Of a DNA stretch of 64,000 bases, positions 30,942 to 41,225 are shown piece after piece (position 1 is the first letter of the stretch; each line of letters starts with the position of its first letter). Source of the stretch: an uncultured cyanobacterium (GTDB lineage Bacteria > Cyanobacteriota > Cyanobacteriia > Pseudanabaenales > Pseudanabaenaceae); NCBI GenBank assembly GCA_963703315.1, contig OY969811.1, positions 288,001 through 352,000 of the forward strand, given 5' to 3'. The notes under the pieces were generated by a model. The model had not been told where the DNA came from. It did no database searches and worked only from the letters and a program-made list of their open reading frames with translations. A program made the translations under genes and the position numbers.

Positions 30942-32837
30942 TCAGATCGAGTGGGGCTGTCCCCAAATAATCTTTTCATGGGTATAAACCACCATCCCTG
31001 GTTTTGCGCCTTTAGGCTTGAATACATATTTAGGATTGGTGCAAACCACAGGAACTTGATCGCTTTGTCGGGCGCGACTGTAATAGGCGGCATAGTTGGC
31101 GGCAGTTTGGAGATCTTGATCTTCAGCGATCGCCCCCGCAGGTAAGCGCAATAACACATGACTACCAGAAATTTCTTGAGCATGGAGCCAGAGATCATAT
31201 TCCCCTGCGATACGGAAGGAAATCAAATCGTTTTGATAGTTATTTCTACCAACCCAAACTTCAAATCCATTAGGAGTTTTAAAGCGATGGCAGTCGGGAA
31301 TTTCTTCTTGCTTAGTGCGATTACTTTTATTTTTACCGCCCTTATTACTGGTCTTAGCGCGAGGAGCGTATTCAGCAGTGACTTTGAGATAGCCTTGTTG
31401 CGAGAGTTCGGCACGAATTTCCTGTAAAGCTGAGAGTTCGCTCTGTTCTAATAAACCAACGGCAGTAGCAACCTGTTCGAGATAGGCGATTTCCTGTTGG
31501 ACTGACTCTAGGAGTGGCGCGATCGCTAGGGCAGCTCGCTTTTGTTTTTGATGTTTTTTATAAAAGGATTGAGCATTCTGAGCCGCGTTCTGAGTAGGAT
31601 CGAGGGGAATAATCACCGATGCTTCAGAATGAAAATCAGTGAGGATAATCTCCTTCATGCCAATTTCCCAGAGATGCAAATGTGCCATCAGCAAATCTGC
31701 TTTGTTTTTAAAATCATCGGCTTGAGTGGAGAGTTCTAAGCAATCTAGAAATTCTTTCTCTTTGATACTCAGCTTTGTTAGTTGACTGTGAACTGCTTGG
31801 CTAATTTGCTGGTGCAACTGCTGAAAGGCAACTTGTCCTGTTTGTTGAGCATAGTAGCGATCGCAAAAATCATTAACTGATGGATTGCCCTCATCCCCCA
31901 GCCCCTTCTCCCAGAGCGGGAGAAGGGGAGCAAGAATCTTATCCCCCTCTCCCTCATTGGGAGAGGGGCTAGGGGTGAGGGCATCCCCCTCTCCCTCATT
32001 GGGAGAGGGGCTAGGGGTGAGGGCATATCCTTTTCTTATGAAAGAGGGGCTAGGAGTAAGGGCATAGCCTTTTCCTTCTAAATGGGGATAGAACTGTTTT
32101 TGCTCAATACAGGTCAGCCAAATTTGCCAAGCATGAAATAATGCTTCCCATTCTTGATTAGTTAAATCAGCAACGTTTTTGTCACCATTGATACCTGAAA
32201 TTGCCAATAGCGATCGCACTAAGGACGAACTAACCCCTCGATAATTGCTGAGTAAATTGCGCTTAATTTCTTTGGGAATTAAAATCAGGCGATCGCGCCA
32301 CGAGTCAAAGGATTCACTCAAACTGGGAATTGCTTCGAGCAATGCGGGTGGTAATTCGTAGCGATCGCCTGTTTGGATGGGTCGCACTCGTGACTGCTTG
32401 CTACTGACTTGGTGAGCAGCAGTGACAATTTCGCCATTGGCATTCACTAAAATGGCATTGCTATATTTGCCCATCACTTCTAAATACAGATGCCACTGCA
32501 CCACATCGTCAGGACGCTTAGCAAATTGCAGATCGACTACGCGCTCCCATTGACTCGTAAGCTGTACAGAAACTAGGGCAGATCCTGCCACTTGATGCAA
32601 AATCTGTTGACTAAAGGTAAAAGTATCAGGCTGTTTCGGTGGTGGCACACTGATATGTAATCTCGCGGCTTGGGGATGCCATGATAGCAACAGCCATTGT
32701 TTCTTTTCTAAAGTTCGTAATTGTAAATGAATCGTGTGGCGATCGCTTTGATGTACCTGCTCTAATCTCGCAGGCACACAAGCTTTGTTTAGCTCATGGG
32801 TCAAAGCCACAAGTGTTGTCAGATCAGCAGGTTGCAT
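30942..32837 (-). CDS. rqcH: NFACT/FbpA family ribosome quality-control protein with in-frame repeat insertion
   Basis: EVMGKYSN, NAQSFYKK, VGRNNYQND, GSHV, KPKGAKPG. Confidence 0.88.
   Translation of the reverse strand: MQPADLTTLVALTHELNKACVPARLEQVHQSDRHTIHLQLRTLEKKQWLLLSWHPQAARLHISVPPPKQPDTFTFSQQILHQVAGSALVSVQLTSQWERVVDLQFAKRPDDVVQWHLYLEVMGKYSNAILVNANGEIVTAAHQVSSKQSRVRPIQTGDRYELPPALLEAIPSLSESFDSWRDRLILIPKEIKRNLLSNYRGVSSSLVRSLLAISGINGDKNVADLTNQEWEALFHAWQIWLTCIEQKQFYPHLEGKGYALTPSPSFIRKGYALTPSPSPNEGEGDALTPSPSPNEGEGDKILAPLLPLWEKGLGDEGNPSVNDFCDRYYAQQTGQVAFQQLHQQISQAVHSQLTKLSIKEKEFLDCLELSTQADDFKNKADLLMAHLHLWEIGMKEIILTDFHSEASVIIPLDPTQNAAQNAQSFYKKHQKQKRAALAIAPLLESVQQEIAYLEQVATAVGLLEQSELSALQEIRAELSQQGYLKVTAEYAPRAKTSNKGGKNKSNRTKQEEIPDCHRFKTPNGFEVWVGRNNYQNDLISFRIAGEYDLWLHAQEISGSHVLLRLPAGAIAEDQDLQTAANYAAYYSRARQSDQVPVVCTNPKYVFKPKGAKPGMVVYTHEKIIWGQPHSI
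31887..32063. repeat. In-frame dispersed repeats inside rqcH (two exact 42-bp tandem units plus related units)
   Basis: atccccctctccctcattgggagaggggctaggggtgagggc at 31941-31982 and 31983-32024. Confidence 0.9.
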
Positions 32838-32912
32838 CGTTTTAATATCGTTTCATAAAAGAGAGTGGACGCAAAGCATCCACTCTCTTGTTCGTCTTAT
32901 GGCTTTATGTGG

Positions 32913-33227
32913 TTATTTATCAGGATCAATACGTGGACGGATTTGTTCAGCTTCAGGACAATCATCGGATACCAGCAGGTCATGAGAGGATATTCCTGTT
33001 TTGGTGAAAGATGATAATCTCTGGGTCACAGCACCAATGCTTTCTAGTCTGACCATTTCTTCCCAAGAGCAAACCTCGTCTTCATCCTCAGTCTCGTATC
33101 GAATCGTTACCACGTCACCTTCAATATCTAGTATTTTAGCCCTTTCTAGCCAACGTCCCTGATCCCTCAGGTAAATCCAAACATCGCTCTTGGCTTCACA
33201 AAGTTGATATATTTTGCGATGTAGCAT
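32913..33227 (-). CDS. Conserved cyanobacterial hypothetical protein (DUF6679-like)
   Basis: MLHRKIYQLC...CSWEEMVRLESIGAV. Confidence 0.65.
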   Translation of the reverse strand: MLHRKIYQLCEAKSDVWIYLRDQGRWLERAKILDIEGDVVTIRYETEDEDEVCSWEEMVRLESIGAVTQRLSSFTKTGISSHDLLVSDDCPEAEQIRPRIDPDK

Positions 33228-33438
33228 TCGCTTATGTCCTCAGGGTTACATAATTTTTAAGGCTAGAGCATACCTCAAAAGGTAAGAATCTAGCTATTAA
33301 TATTGTAAACGACTAAACAAACATTTAAGAGACATATTTTCCCCACTGTGAGTATCATGGTTGATCGGGGTTTTGATCGCGATCGCCTTTAACTTCCTGT
33401 GGCGCACGCTGCGCTTGCGCCACAGGCTTCAGAGCCTT

Positions 33439-35619
33439 TTATCGCTGTTCTTTAAACTGAATTACAACACGGCGGTTAAAGGCGTTATCTGTGGCTGTAT
33501 TATTTTTTCGCGATGGTTGCAACCAAGATAGAGCCTCAAAAGTAACTTTGTAATTATTATCAAGCCCGCGATCGCGTAGCATTCTCACTACTTCATTTGC
33601 TCTCGCTTGCGAAAGATCCAGATTATAGGCATAGTCGCCTGTCTTATCAGTGTGACCACTAATTTGAATAATGCCACGTCGCCCTTGGATCTTTGCCCAG
33701 AAATTATCGATTTTAACTTCTTCAGGTTGCATCAATTGGGTTTCGTTAGAAGGGAAAAAGATCGTCACTTCTAAGTCTGGATTGGTAATTGGTAAAACTG
33801 AAGTATTAACATTGCGATCGCCAGCTACTTTCCCAGCCGCATCCCCCGTTAATTGACTAGCTCTATTCTTAGAATTATCGTTAACTTTAGAATTATCGTT
33901 AATTACTGGATCAGAACTGTTTTTAGAATTATTTACGAGTTTGTTCTCATTATCTCCAGAACTATTGCTAGATGATTTGTCTCCTACTTTGTCAGGATTT
34001 TTACTAGATTTATTGCCACTCGCATCTGTCAAGCTTTTATTTGCCAGACTTTTATCTGCCAAGCTTTTATCTGCCAGACTTTTACCAACAGATTTATTGG
34101 AGTTATTAGAATTAGCTAGAGAGTTTGAATTTGCTGAGCTAGTTGGTAAGTTATTGTTGGAATTATTATTAGGGTCTGTTTTGGTATTAAGTACTGATTC
34201 TTTGATCGCACTTGGTAATATCTGAGTTTGCAATTTATTCTCATCCGATCGCTGAATTAAGATGGCAAAGGCGATCGCTGTGCCAATAAAAGCAGCACCA
34301 ACTAGTAAACCCGCTAATATTTTCCATAAGTTACTTGGTGCAGTGAGAATGCCGTCAAGTTCCTGTGCATCATCTTGATCAATATTTTGATCTGCTTTTT
34401 GATCTGCTTGCTGTGCTTGAAGCTCAAAATCAAATAACGTCTTTTTTGTGAAAGGAGCGATCGCGGCGGCAGTCCCCAAAGCGATCGTTTGACGAATGCG
34501 CTGATGACCGACTTCTAGCTCAAACCATTGCGAATCAGCACGCATCATAAAATCGACTTTAGCTGGTAAGCCCTTGTGATAGGATTTTACGCAATTTCCT
34601 GCATCATCATAAATCGAGCCGTTTTCCGCAATAATTTGATTCTCATTGACTACTTCCGCAAAAATCTGCGTGAGATTGGTCATTTCGCTAGCAATTTTGT
34701 AATCCCACAGATCAATATCTAAACCTGTATCAAAATCATCTAGTTCTTGCATCTGATAGCGATCGACATCCTTCCCAATCCCAATCAAGATTAATTTCAA
34801 ATAATTTCTTTTACCTACAGCAATTTCTAACGCTAATTCCTTGGTATAGGTCTTCACCTGATCGAGGTCGTCAATTCTGCCATCGGTTAAGAAAATATAC
34901 ATACCATGCTGGGCTTGCCGATATTGTTCTGCAAAATAGGCGATCGCGGGCAGTAGCTTTGTGGTCTTACCGAGTTTAAAAGAAGTAGGACCTGAGATGT
35001 TTAACTGCTGACAGCTAGCCGCATCAACCTCACCTAAAACCTGAATCTCATCCCCTTTGCCACAGCCCCAATAGATTAGTGAAGTCTTGCCAGTACCATC
35101 TAAACTACCTGCCAAATAAGCTGCAAAATCCTGTACTAAAGGCTGCAAGATATTTGCAGTATAGCTAATCTCATAACCACGATCTTGAATTTCCGCAAAT
35201 GCCTCACGCTGAATCCTCCGAATTGGTTCACCGTCTTCTAGATAAGAACGCAATCGACCTTGCTTAATATAATCAGTCAGTAAAGTCGGATCAACTCGCG
35301 CCTCTACCTTGCGTCCATAGGCTCGCTTCATAGAGGCGCTAGCATCTAGAGCTAGTCCAGTCCGCCACCCTTCAGCAAATCGTCCCTGTGGCTCCATCGC
35401 GATCGTAAATTCCACATGACATTCCGCAGCCTCTAAATTTAACTGAGAGGTCTCTTGCCGAACATTTACCTCTCCAAACTCTGCCACCACCAGATTCGCT
35501 GGCATTTGGAAACTATTGACTTCATTCTCAAATTCCACTTTATTCTGGAATTTATTTTTGATTTCACCATTAACTTCACGTTCTAATTCATGAGGCTCGG
35601 AATTATTTTCATGTAGCAT
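33439..35619 (-). CDS. vWA domain - TM - low-complexity linker - OmpA domain protein
   Basis: LALDASASM (MIDAS), TKLLP, LTDG; one TM; GHTD..G...YNLDLSQARA and NRRV OmpA motifs. Confidence 0.75.
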   Translation of the reverse strand: MLHENNSEPHELEREVNGEIKNKFQNKVEFENEVNSFQMPANLVVAEFGEVNVRQETSQLNLEAAECHVEFTIAMEPQGRFAEGWRTGLALDASASMKRAYGRKVEARVDPTLLTDYIKQGRLRSYLEDGEPIRRIQREAFAEIQDRGYEISYTANILQPLVQDFAAYLAGSLDGTGKTSLIYWGCGKGDEIQVLGEVDAASCQQLNISGPTSFKLGKTTKLLPAIAYFAEQYRQAQHGMYIFLTDGRIDDLDQVKTYTKELALEIAVGKRNYLKLILIGIGKDVDRYQMQELDDFDTGLDIDLWDYKIASEMTNLTQIFAEVVNENQIIAENGSIYDDAGNCVKSYHKGLPAKVDFMMRADSQWFELEVGHQRIRQTIALGTAAAIAPFTKKTLFDFELQAQQADQKADQNIDQDDAQELDGILTAPSNLWKILAGLLVGAAFIGTAIAFAILIQRSDENKLQTQILPSAIKESVLNTKTDPNNNSNNNLPTSSANSNSLANSNNSNKSVGKSLADKSLADKSLANKSLTDASGNKSSKNPDKVGDKSSSNSSGDNENKLVNNSKNSSDPVINDNSKVNDNSKNRASQLTGDAAGKVAGDRNVNTSVLPITNPDLEVTIFFPSNETQLMQPEEVKIDNFWAKIQGRRGIIQISGHTDKTGDYAYNLDLSQARANEVVRMLRDRGLDNNYKVTFEALSWLQPSRKNNTATDNAFNRRVVIQFKEQR

Positions 35620-35661
35620 GGCAATCTACTTCTCTTGCTTCTAAATGCCTTGAAAAAACAT

Positions 35662-35705
35662 CTTACTTTGTAAGGGCAATTCATGAATTGCCCTTACAAA
35701 GTAAG
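35662..35705. repeat. Perfect 44-bp palindrome, REP-like (GTAAGGGCAATTCATGAATTGCCCTTAC core)
   Basis: cttactttgtaagggcaattca|tgaattgcccttacaaagtaag. Confidence 0.75.
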
Positions 35706-35716
35706 CCTTATCTTTA

Positions 35717-36724
35717 TTAAACAAAGTCCACAACATCTTGCCATTGTTCAGTTTGAGGAATGAGTGGAGCCTCCAGATCTTTAGGCAACGCTTCGGTAAT
35801 ATCTTGGGTCACATTGCCTCCAGAAAACTCTAGGGTAAAGGCAGTTGAACCCGCAGGAAGCTTGAAACGCATGAGTGCAGGTACACCAAAGTTATATTCT
35901 TCGCAGACTGTACCCGCCTGATTGAGAATGCGTCCATAATGCGTAACAATCGTTTCCGCAGATACAAACTCTTTAAAGATTTGTTCCAAAATCTGAATGT
36001 CATCAGCAACTTGATAATCCCAGAGATCGATATCACGCCCTGAAGCATCTTTGACAAAGCTACCTTCAAACATATTGTCTAGTTCTTCTAGCTGCTTCTC
36101 ATCGATCTCTTTGCCCACACCGATGAGCAGGAGTTTGATAAATGGCTTGATGTTGTCAGCAATCTCTAGAGCATATTTAAAGCAGTACTCCTTCACATCT
36201 TCAAGATCTTCAATAATCCCGTCGGTGATGATGAGACAGATTGCCGCAGGTTGCTTTACACCGATCGCTGGAGCATCTTTATATTTGTTAATGAAATATC
36301 TGAGTGGTGGTAATAGCTTTGTCCCTGTTCCCCAAGGAATTCTCGGACCTTTGATCGCGATTTGTTCGATTTCTTCACCACTGAAGCTACCCAAATCTTC
36401 GATGAGTTCACCTGCCGCGCCGCAAGCCCAGTTAATCAAGTCAACTTTTCCTGTTGCTGCAAAATTGGCAAGATATTTGACCATCACCCGCGCTACTGGC
36501 TCGACCACATTGTTGGTAACGGCAGCACTAGCAAAGAAGCTGCTGACCACACCACTGATGCCATAGATTTTTTTCATGGAGGCAGAACCATCTAGGGCTA
36601 AGCCAACCCTTGCCCCTTCAATGTCAGGAACCATCAGGATAGTTGCAACGATGTCAATTTCTCCGTTGTTTTGCGGATAAACATTGACTTCACCAAAGGG
36701 CTGAACGACACTTTTTAACTGCAT
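35717..36724 (-). CDS. Stand-alone vWA domain protein, paralog of the N-terminal half of the neighbouring vWA-OmpA gene
   Basis: LALDGSASM, GTKLLP, ITDG, IDLWDY shared with 33439-35619. Confidence 0.75.
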   Translation of the reverse strand: MQLKSVVQPFGEVNVYPQNNGEIDIVATILMVPDIEGARVGLALDGSASMKKIYGISGVVSSFFASAAVTNNVVEPVARVMVKYLANFAATGKVDLINWACGAAGELIEDLGSFSGEEIEQIAIKGPRIPWGTGTKLLPPLRYFINKYKDAPAIGVKQPAAICLIITDGIIEDLEDVKEYCFKYALEIADNIKPFIKLLLIGVGKEIDEKQLEELDNMFEGSFVKDASGRDIDLWDYQVADDIQILEQIFKEFVSAETIVTHYGRILNQAGTVCEEYNFGVPALMRFKLPAGSTAFTLEFSGGNVTQDITEALPKDLEAPLIPQTEQWQDVVDFV

Positions 36725-37162
36725 ACTCGGACTCGCTGATATTTCACATCAAAATAGTAACGTATAGCGCCGAAAGCGCTACTTAAAAATTCCACAAAAA
36801 TTTTTAAGTCTTTAAAGATTGATAACGGCGCTTCGCGCCGTTATCAATCTTTTGGGCTTTATATCTAGGCAAAACCTACATGGCTAAGCAGCGCAAGTTT
36901 TGAAACCAGAAGATGGTGGCGGAGAAAAGCTCCGCCACCATCTTCTGGGGTTTTAATTATATATGGTTTCACAGAGTCGTAAAAATTCGTTTGTATAGCG
37001 ATCGTCCGTAATGTTAGGATCAGATTTAAACCCAAAAGAGATTTGTGGTGCTTTACGCCACAAATCTCTTTTGGGTTTTATCTTCTAGCGGTGATAGCTA
37101 TAATTTTAATAAGCGTTATAGCGCTTTTCAAGCAAGCGAGGTACAGAAGACTGTAAAACGCT

Positions 37163-37312
37163 TAGGATTTACGCAACTCAACCAAGAACTAAAGTTCTTG
37201 GCTTAAAGCTAAAGTCAGCTAAAGCAGACTCAAGAGTGGCTATGATCGACCCGTTTCAACGGGTTTAAGCTTTCAGCCCGTAATTTATTACAGGGCTATT
37301 GCGTAAGCCCTA
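37163..37312. mobile_element. Non-autonomous MITE-like element
   Basis: Ends taggatttacgca / tgcgtaagcccta (imperfect inverted repeat) enclosing several short hairpins. Confidence 0.55.
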
Positions 37313-37375
37313 GCGCTATTGGAAAAATATTGTTGACACTCACACAAAGTTACGCAAAAACAAGGGAACTGAATA

Positions 37376-39463
37376 GTGGATTTTAGTCTTCGAGAACACA
37401 CACAAGCTGTATGGGAGCAAATTGAACAAACTTGGAAGGATAGTCAAAAACCTGAAGGGGAAAGATTTCTCGGTAATAATCGGTTTTCACCGAAATCGGT
37501 AGAAGCATTACTCGATGTTTTAGCGGAAGACTTGCCAAGAATTGGAGCATTGTCGATTGATGCCCTAAATGTGAAATGGGGCGATCGCCAAAATCGTAAT
37601 TGGGTGAAAATTATCACCTTTGTATTTTCAGAATATGCTTATCACAAAGAAACAGAAGGAGTTTTTTGGGAAAGCCTTTTACAAAGACTTAAGCTGCATA
37701 ACTCCCAAGGCGCAAAACAAACCTTTGCTAAAATCCTCAAGGAAGGATTCACTCTGCTTGGTGTTGCTACAGCTAAGGGAAGTGCCAAATACCTTTCTAC
37801 GCTTTATTTACAAAGTGGAATTCCTCAGCAAAATATTAAACATTTCACGGAATTAGTTGAAGATATTGCTGATCATTTAGGATGGTGGAATATTGCCTAT
37901 CGGTATGAGGCGATCGATCTCGCTCAGACGCTATATGACCGAGCAGTAGAGAAATATCCAGAGCGATTGACGCTCAAACGTTTCTTAAAAAATAGTTGTC
38001 AAGATGATAAATCTGAGCAGGCTGATGTCGAGCCGATCGCTGGGAATATCCTCAAATATATTGCCGCGATCGCCTTAGAAATAGAGCGTAGAAGACTAAA
38101 TCCCAAAAAATTTGCAGATCAACAGGCTAGAGAGCTTTATCTACAAGGTTTTGGACTATCGAATTATTTCTTTCTGAGAGATTGGGATAAATTAATTTCG
38201 GTTTTAACTCCTAAGACAGTCTCGCCCCATAAAGCCAATCAGTTTATTCGCCAAAATAAACGTGAGCTTAAATTGCGTCTCGATCCTCTGGAGCTAAATT
38301 TACAGCTTGTTTTACCAGCTCAAAGACTCTGGCAAAAAGAATGGAAAACGTTAGGCGGTAGCCCTTGTCAGATATCTGAAACAAACTGGAAATCGATCAT
38401 CCCCTATCCAGATAGTTTAGAAATTCCCGAACTTTCTACTAATTTGACTGTCTTGAGCGATCGCTGGACATGGCATCTTCAAGATGGAACCCAGCAAGAT
38501 TTGCTAGAGTGGCATGGTGAGGGAATTGTAGATAGTTTCCCCCTATTAGTTTTTGATGCAGAGACAGGCGATCGCCTAATATTAAACGCATTAAACACAG
38601 ATGCTCCTCAAATTGTTGGTATCAATGAAGTTGTTTGCTATTTCCCGAAAGCGATAAACTTACAATTGAGTACAGAAGTTGAAGTTACCGATGATTGTTT
38701 TCCTTGTTTAATCGCTGATTGGCAAGCAAAGCAAATTCGACTCACTGGGCGATCGGCTTCTTTCTCTTTAGTCAGTGAAGAGGTGAATATAACAGTACAA
38801 TGGCAATCATTAAGTAGCGATCAGCCTATCGTGAGAGGATTACAAATCAAAGGGAAGCAAGCAACTTATTTAGAAACGCCACAAATTTACTATCCTTTGA
38901 ATGATTCTTCTGTCGAGTATATTCGTATTCAAATTGAGAATGTGGATAAACAAGCTACTCTTACACATCCAGATGCAGAGATTAAAATACTTGCCACAAA
39001 TGAGAAGTGGCAGCAGGTTTCTTTAAGTCAATGGGTTAAGGACACTGGAACTTATGAAGTGAAGCTTTGGGATAAGAATTTTTACTGGTCAACATCTTTT
39101 GTAATTAAGCAAAGTTATCAGGCTTTACCAAATCCTTATTGTTCTCACGTTCAGATTCAGAATACTAAGCAAGACAATGTATTTGCTTCGTTACCCATCC
39201 AATGCAAGGATAAGGAGGATTTTTGGAAAGAAGAAATCAAGATTGAAGGTTTATGGACATTTGAACCTGTCAATTTTGTTCTATCTAACAATAAAGAGAA
39301 TCAAACTTTCAGCTATTCTGTCCAAGCGGATCAGACGGGTTGCTTACATCTATCACTGACATCTTTGCGAGAAGCCTTACCCCAAAGCGATCGCTATTTC
39401 TTAGATTGGATAAGATTTGGAAACTATGAGCGACTGCTAGAAACAGTAAAACCTAAGAATTAG
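37376..39463 (+). CDS. Large hypothetical protein (695 aa)
   Basis: Long ORF with a GTG start; FWE..., YLSTLYLQSGIP motifs; beta-rich C-terminal half. Confidence 0.75.
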   Translation: MDFSLREHTQAVWEQIEQTWKDSQKPEGERFLGNNRFSPKSVEALLDVLAEDLPRIGALSIDALNVKWGDRQNRNWVKIITFVFSEYAYHKETEGVFWESLLQRLKLHNSQGAKQTFAKILKEGFTLLGVATAKGSAKYLSTLYLQSGIPQQNIKHFTELVEDIADHLGWWNIAYRYEAIDLAQTLYDRAVEKYPERLTLKRFLKNSCQDDKSEQADVEPIAGNILKYIAAIALEIERRRLNPKKFADQQARELYLQGFGLSNYFFLRDWDKLISVLTPKTVSPHKANQFIRQNKRELKLRLDPLELNLQLVLPAQRLWQKEWKTLGGSPCQISETNWKSIIPYPDSLEIPELSTNLTVLSDRWTWHLQDGTQQDLLEWHGEGIVDSFPLLVFDAETGDRLILNALNTDAPQIVGINEVVCYFPKAINLQLSTEVEVTDDCFPCLIADWQAKQIRLTGRSASFSLVSEEVNITVQWQSLSSDQPIVRGLQIKGKQATYLETPQIYYPLNDSSVEYIRIQIENVDKQATLTHPDAEIKILATNEKWQQVSLSQWVKDTGTYEVKLWDKNFYWSTSFVIKQSYQALPNPYCSHVQIQNTKQDNVFASLPIQCKDKEDFWKEEIKIEGLWTFEPVNFVLSNNKENQTFSYSVQADQTGCLHLSLTSLREALPQSDRYFLDWIRFGNYERLLETVKPKN

Positions 39464-39587
39464 AGATGCGGCGCGCCGCACCGCTAATTCTTGGTTTTTA
39501 ATGTCTATTTTTAAAAAACTAATAAAGGTTTGCGGGTTTGGTTTTGCCTACGGCAAAACCAAACCCGCTATTCAGGAGACAAAAGTT

Positions 39588-40328
39588 ATGAAGTATATGC
39601 ACAGCATCATTAAGGGACAGAGAAAGGCTGTAATTACAGAGGTTGAAAAACGTCTTAAAATTGCGGGTCTGGGTGGACAAGTCAAGGTGCAACCAGATTC
39701 AGTCTTAAAAAAAGAATTCTATATTGAAGTAGATTCAGAAGAATTAATTACGGATATTCGTCAAATTTTAAAGACACTCTGCAAAGAGAAAGCAGTAACT
39801 ATGCAGGGTGGATTGATTGAAGATGATGTTGCTAAGTCTCGCCAAAGGCTAAGTAAGCCTCTAAATGTTGCTCCTGCGGCTCCTGCTAAGTCTGTAAATG
39901 CAAAACCTCCGAGTCGAGATTATCCAATTGGCGAACAGGTAGTCATTTTACTCAGCAATCATCGATCGCCTATTAATGCTGCCATACCTTTCCCTTTAAC
40001 AAAAAAGCAACTTCTATCACTTTTAACATCCAGTGTCAGTCCTAGCTATTCCTCAGAGAAATTAGCTCAAGAATTAGAAGCAGCACTCAAGGAACTAGAA
40101 GCCAAAGGGGAAATATATGCTAACGAAGGCGATCGCTTTTGTATAGCCCAACCATCGGTGTTATATGAAAATGCTGTATTTCGAGGCGATCGCGCTTATT
40201 TACATCTTGCTCATCAGGTAGTGGGTAATCCTGTTACGGATAGTACAAAACTTACTTTTCCTGCCATTGAGTTTGATGTTCTCAAAGAACAGTTTTTAGA
40301 AAAAGGGATTAGTTTCCTAAAGAGTTAA
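39588..40328 (+). CDS. Hypothetical protein, possibly 3'-truncated
   Basis: AGGAG RBS before ATG 39588; the upstream ORF extension is a palindrome; the ORF ends at another palindrome (40326-40360). Confidence 0.6.
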   Translation: MKYMHSIIKGQRKAVITEVEKRLKIAGLGGQVKVQPDSVLKKEFYIEVDSEELITDIRQILKTLCKEKAVTMQGGLIEDDVAKSRQRLSKPLNVAPAAPAKSVNAKPPSRDYPIGEQVVILLSNHRSPINAAIPFPLTKKQLLSLLTSSVSPSYSSEKLAQELEAALKELEAKGEIYANEGDRFCIAQPSVLYENAVFRGDRAYLHLAHQVVGNPVTDSTKLTFPAIEFDVLKEQFLEKGISFLKS

Positions 40329-40361
40329 TGATATGACGCGCTCTGTGCGTCATATCATTAC

Positions 40362-40832
40362 TCAAAAATCTGCCTCGCGGTTAAGATGTTTGACCATCAA
40401 ATGCCGCTTTTCTCGTCGGAAGCCAAGTTTGGTATAGAGCGCCTCGGCTGGTTCATTCCAGTGATCTACAACCAAAGATAGCGATCGCATTCCTTGACTA
40501 TGCAAATATTCTTCAATCAAGGTAAATACTCTTTTACCAATACCCTGACCACGATAGTCTTCACGAATATATAACTCATCCACTAGTCCACATCGTCCAT
40601 GATATTCCATACTAAAAAAGAAGGTGAGAGCAACATATCCAATTGGACGATCGCGATCGCAAATCAACCAAATCAACCCAAGTTGCTCATCACTCAGTAA
40701 AGCTGTAAAAGCCTTGACTATAGATTCGTTAAAAGAAATTCCTTCAAATTGATAGAACTCCTGTACAAGTTCCATCAAGGGATCAATATCAATGAATTGA
40801 GCTAAGCGGAAATTAATATCTATCTGACTCAT
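40362..40832 (-). CDS. GNAT acetyltransferase
   Basis: VDELYI...YRGQGIG, LYTKLGF. Confidence 0.88.
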   Translation of the reverse strand: MSQIDINFRLAQFIDIDPLMELVQEFYQFEGISFNESIVKAFTALLSDEQLGLIWLICDRDRPIGYVALTFFFSMEYHGRCGLVDELYIREDYRGQGIGKRVFTLIEEYLHSQGMRSLSLVVDHWNEPAEALYTKLGFRREKRHLMVKHLNREADF

Positions 40833-40835
40833 AGC

Positions 40836-41225
40836 TCACACATTCACTTTATAGTTCAAACTTAGTTCATCACCAGCCACACCACGCAGTCCCCAATTAT
40901 GACTCGGTGTCTCGATCAGAATAATTTCGATATCTAAGGGGGCTATGCCTAATTTCTCATTTAGTCGCTCAAATAACAAGCGATATAGAGATTTCTTCGC
41001 TTCTATAGAACGTCCTGTAAATAGCAGGATTTCGATGATGATATATTGTTCAGTGCGATCGCGAGGATATTCAAAATCTTCAGATTGCAATGGAAAGAAG
41101 CGCTGAAATTTCTTTTCAGGTGGATAGTTGAGGGCATCAACAACACAGGAATGAATAGTAGTCGATAGAACTTCACGATTTTGCTGAATAAAATCAGCGT
41201 TTCCATAAATTTTAGTTTGGGGCAT
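40836..41225 (-). CDS. Tautomerase family protein
   Basis: N-terminal Pro (MPQTKI), GRSIEAKK, NWGLRG. Confidence 0.85.
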   Translation of the reverse strand: MPQTKIYGNADFIQQNREVLSTTIHSCVVDALNYPPEKKFQRFFPLQSEDFEYPRDRTEQYIIIEILLFTGRSIEAKKSLYRLLFERLNEKLGIAPLDIEIILIETPSHNWGLRGVAGDELSLNYKVNV

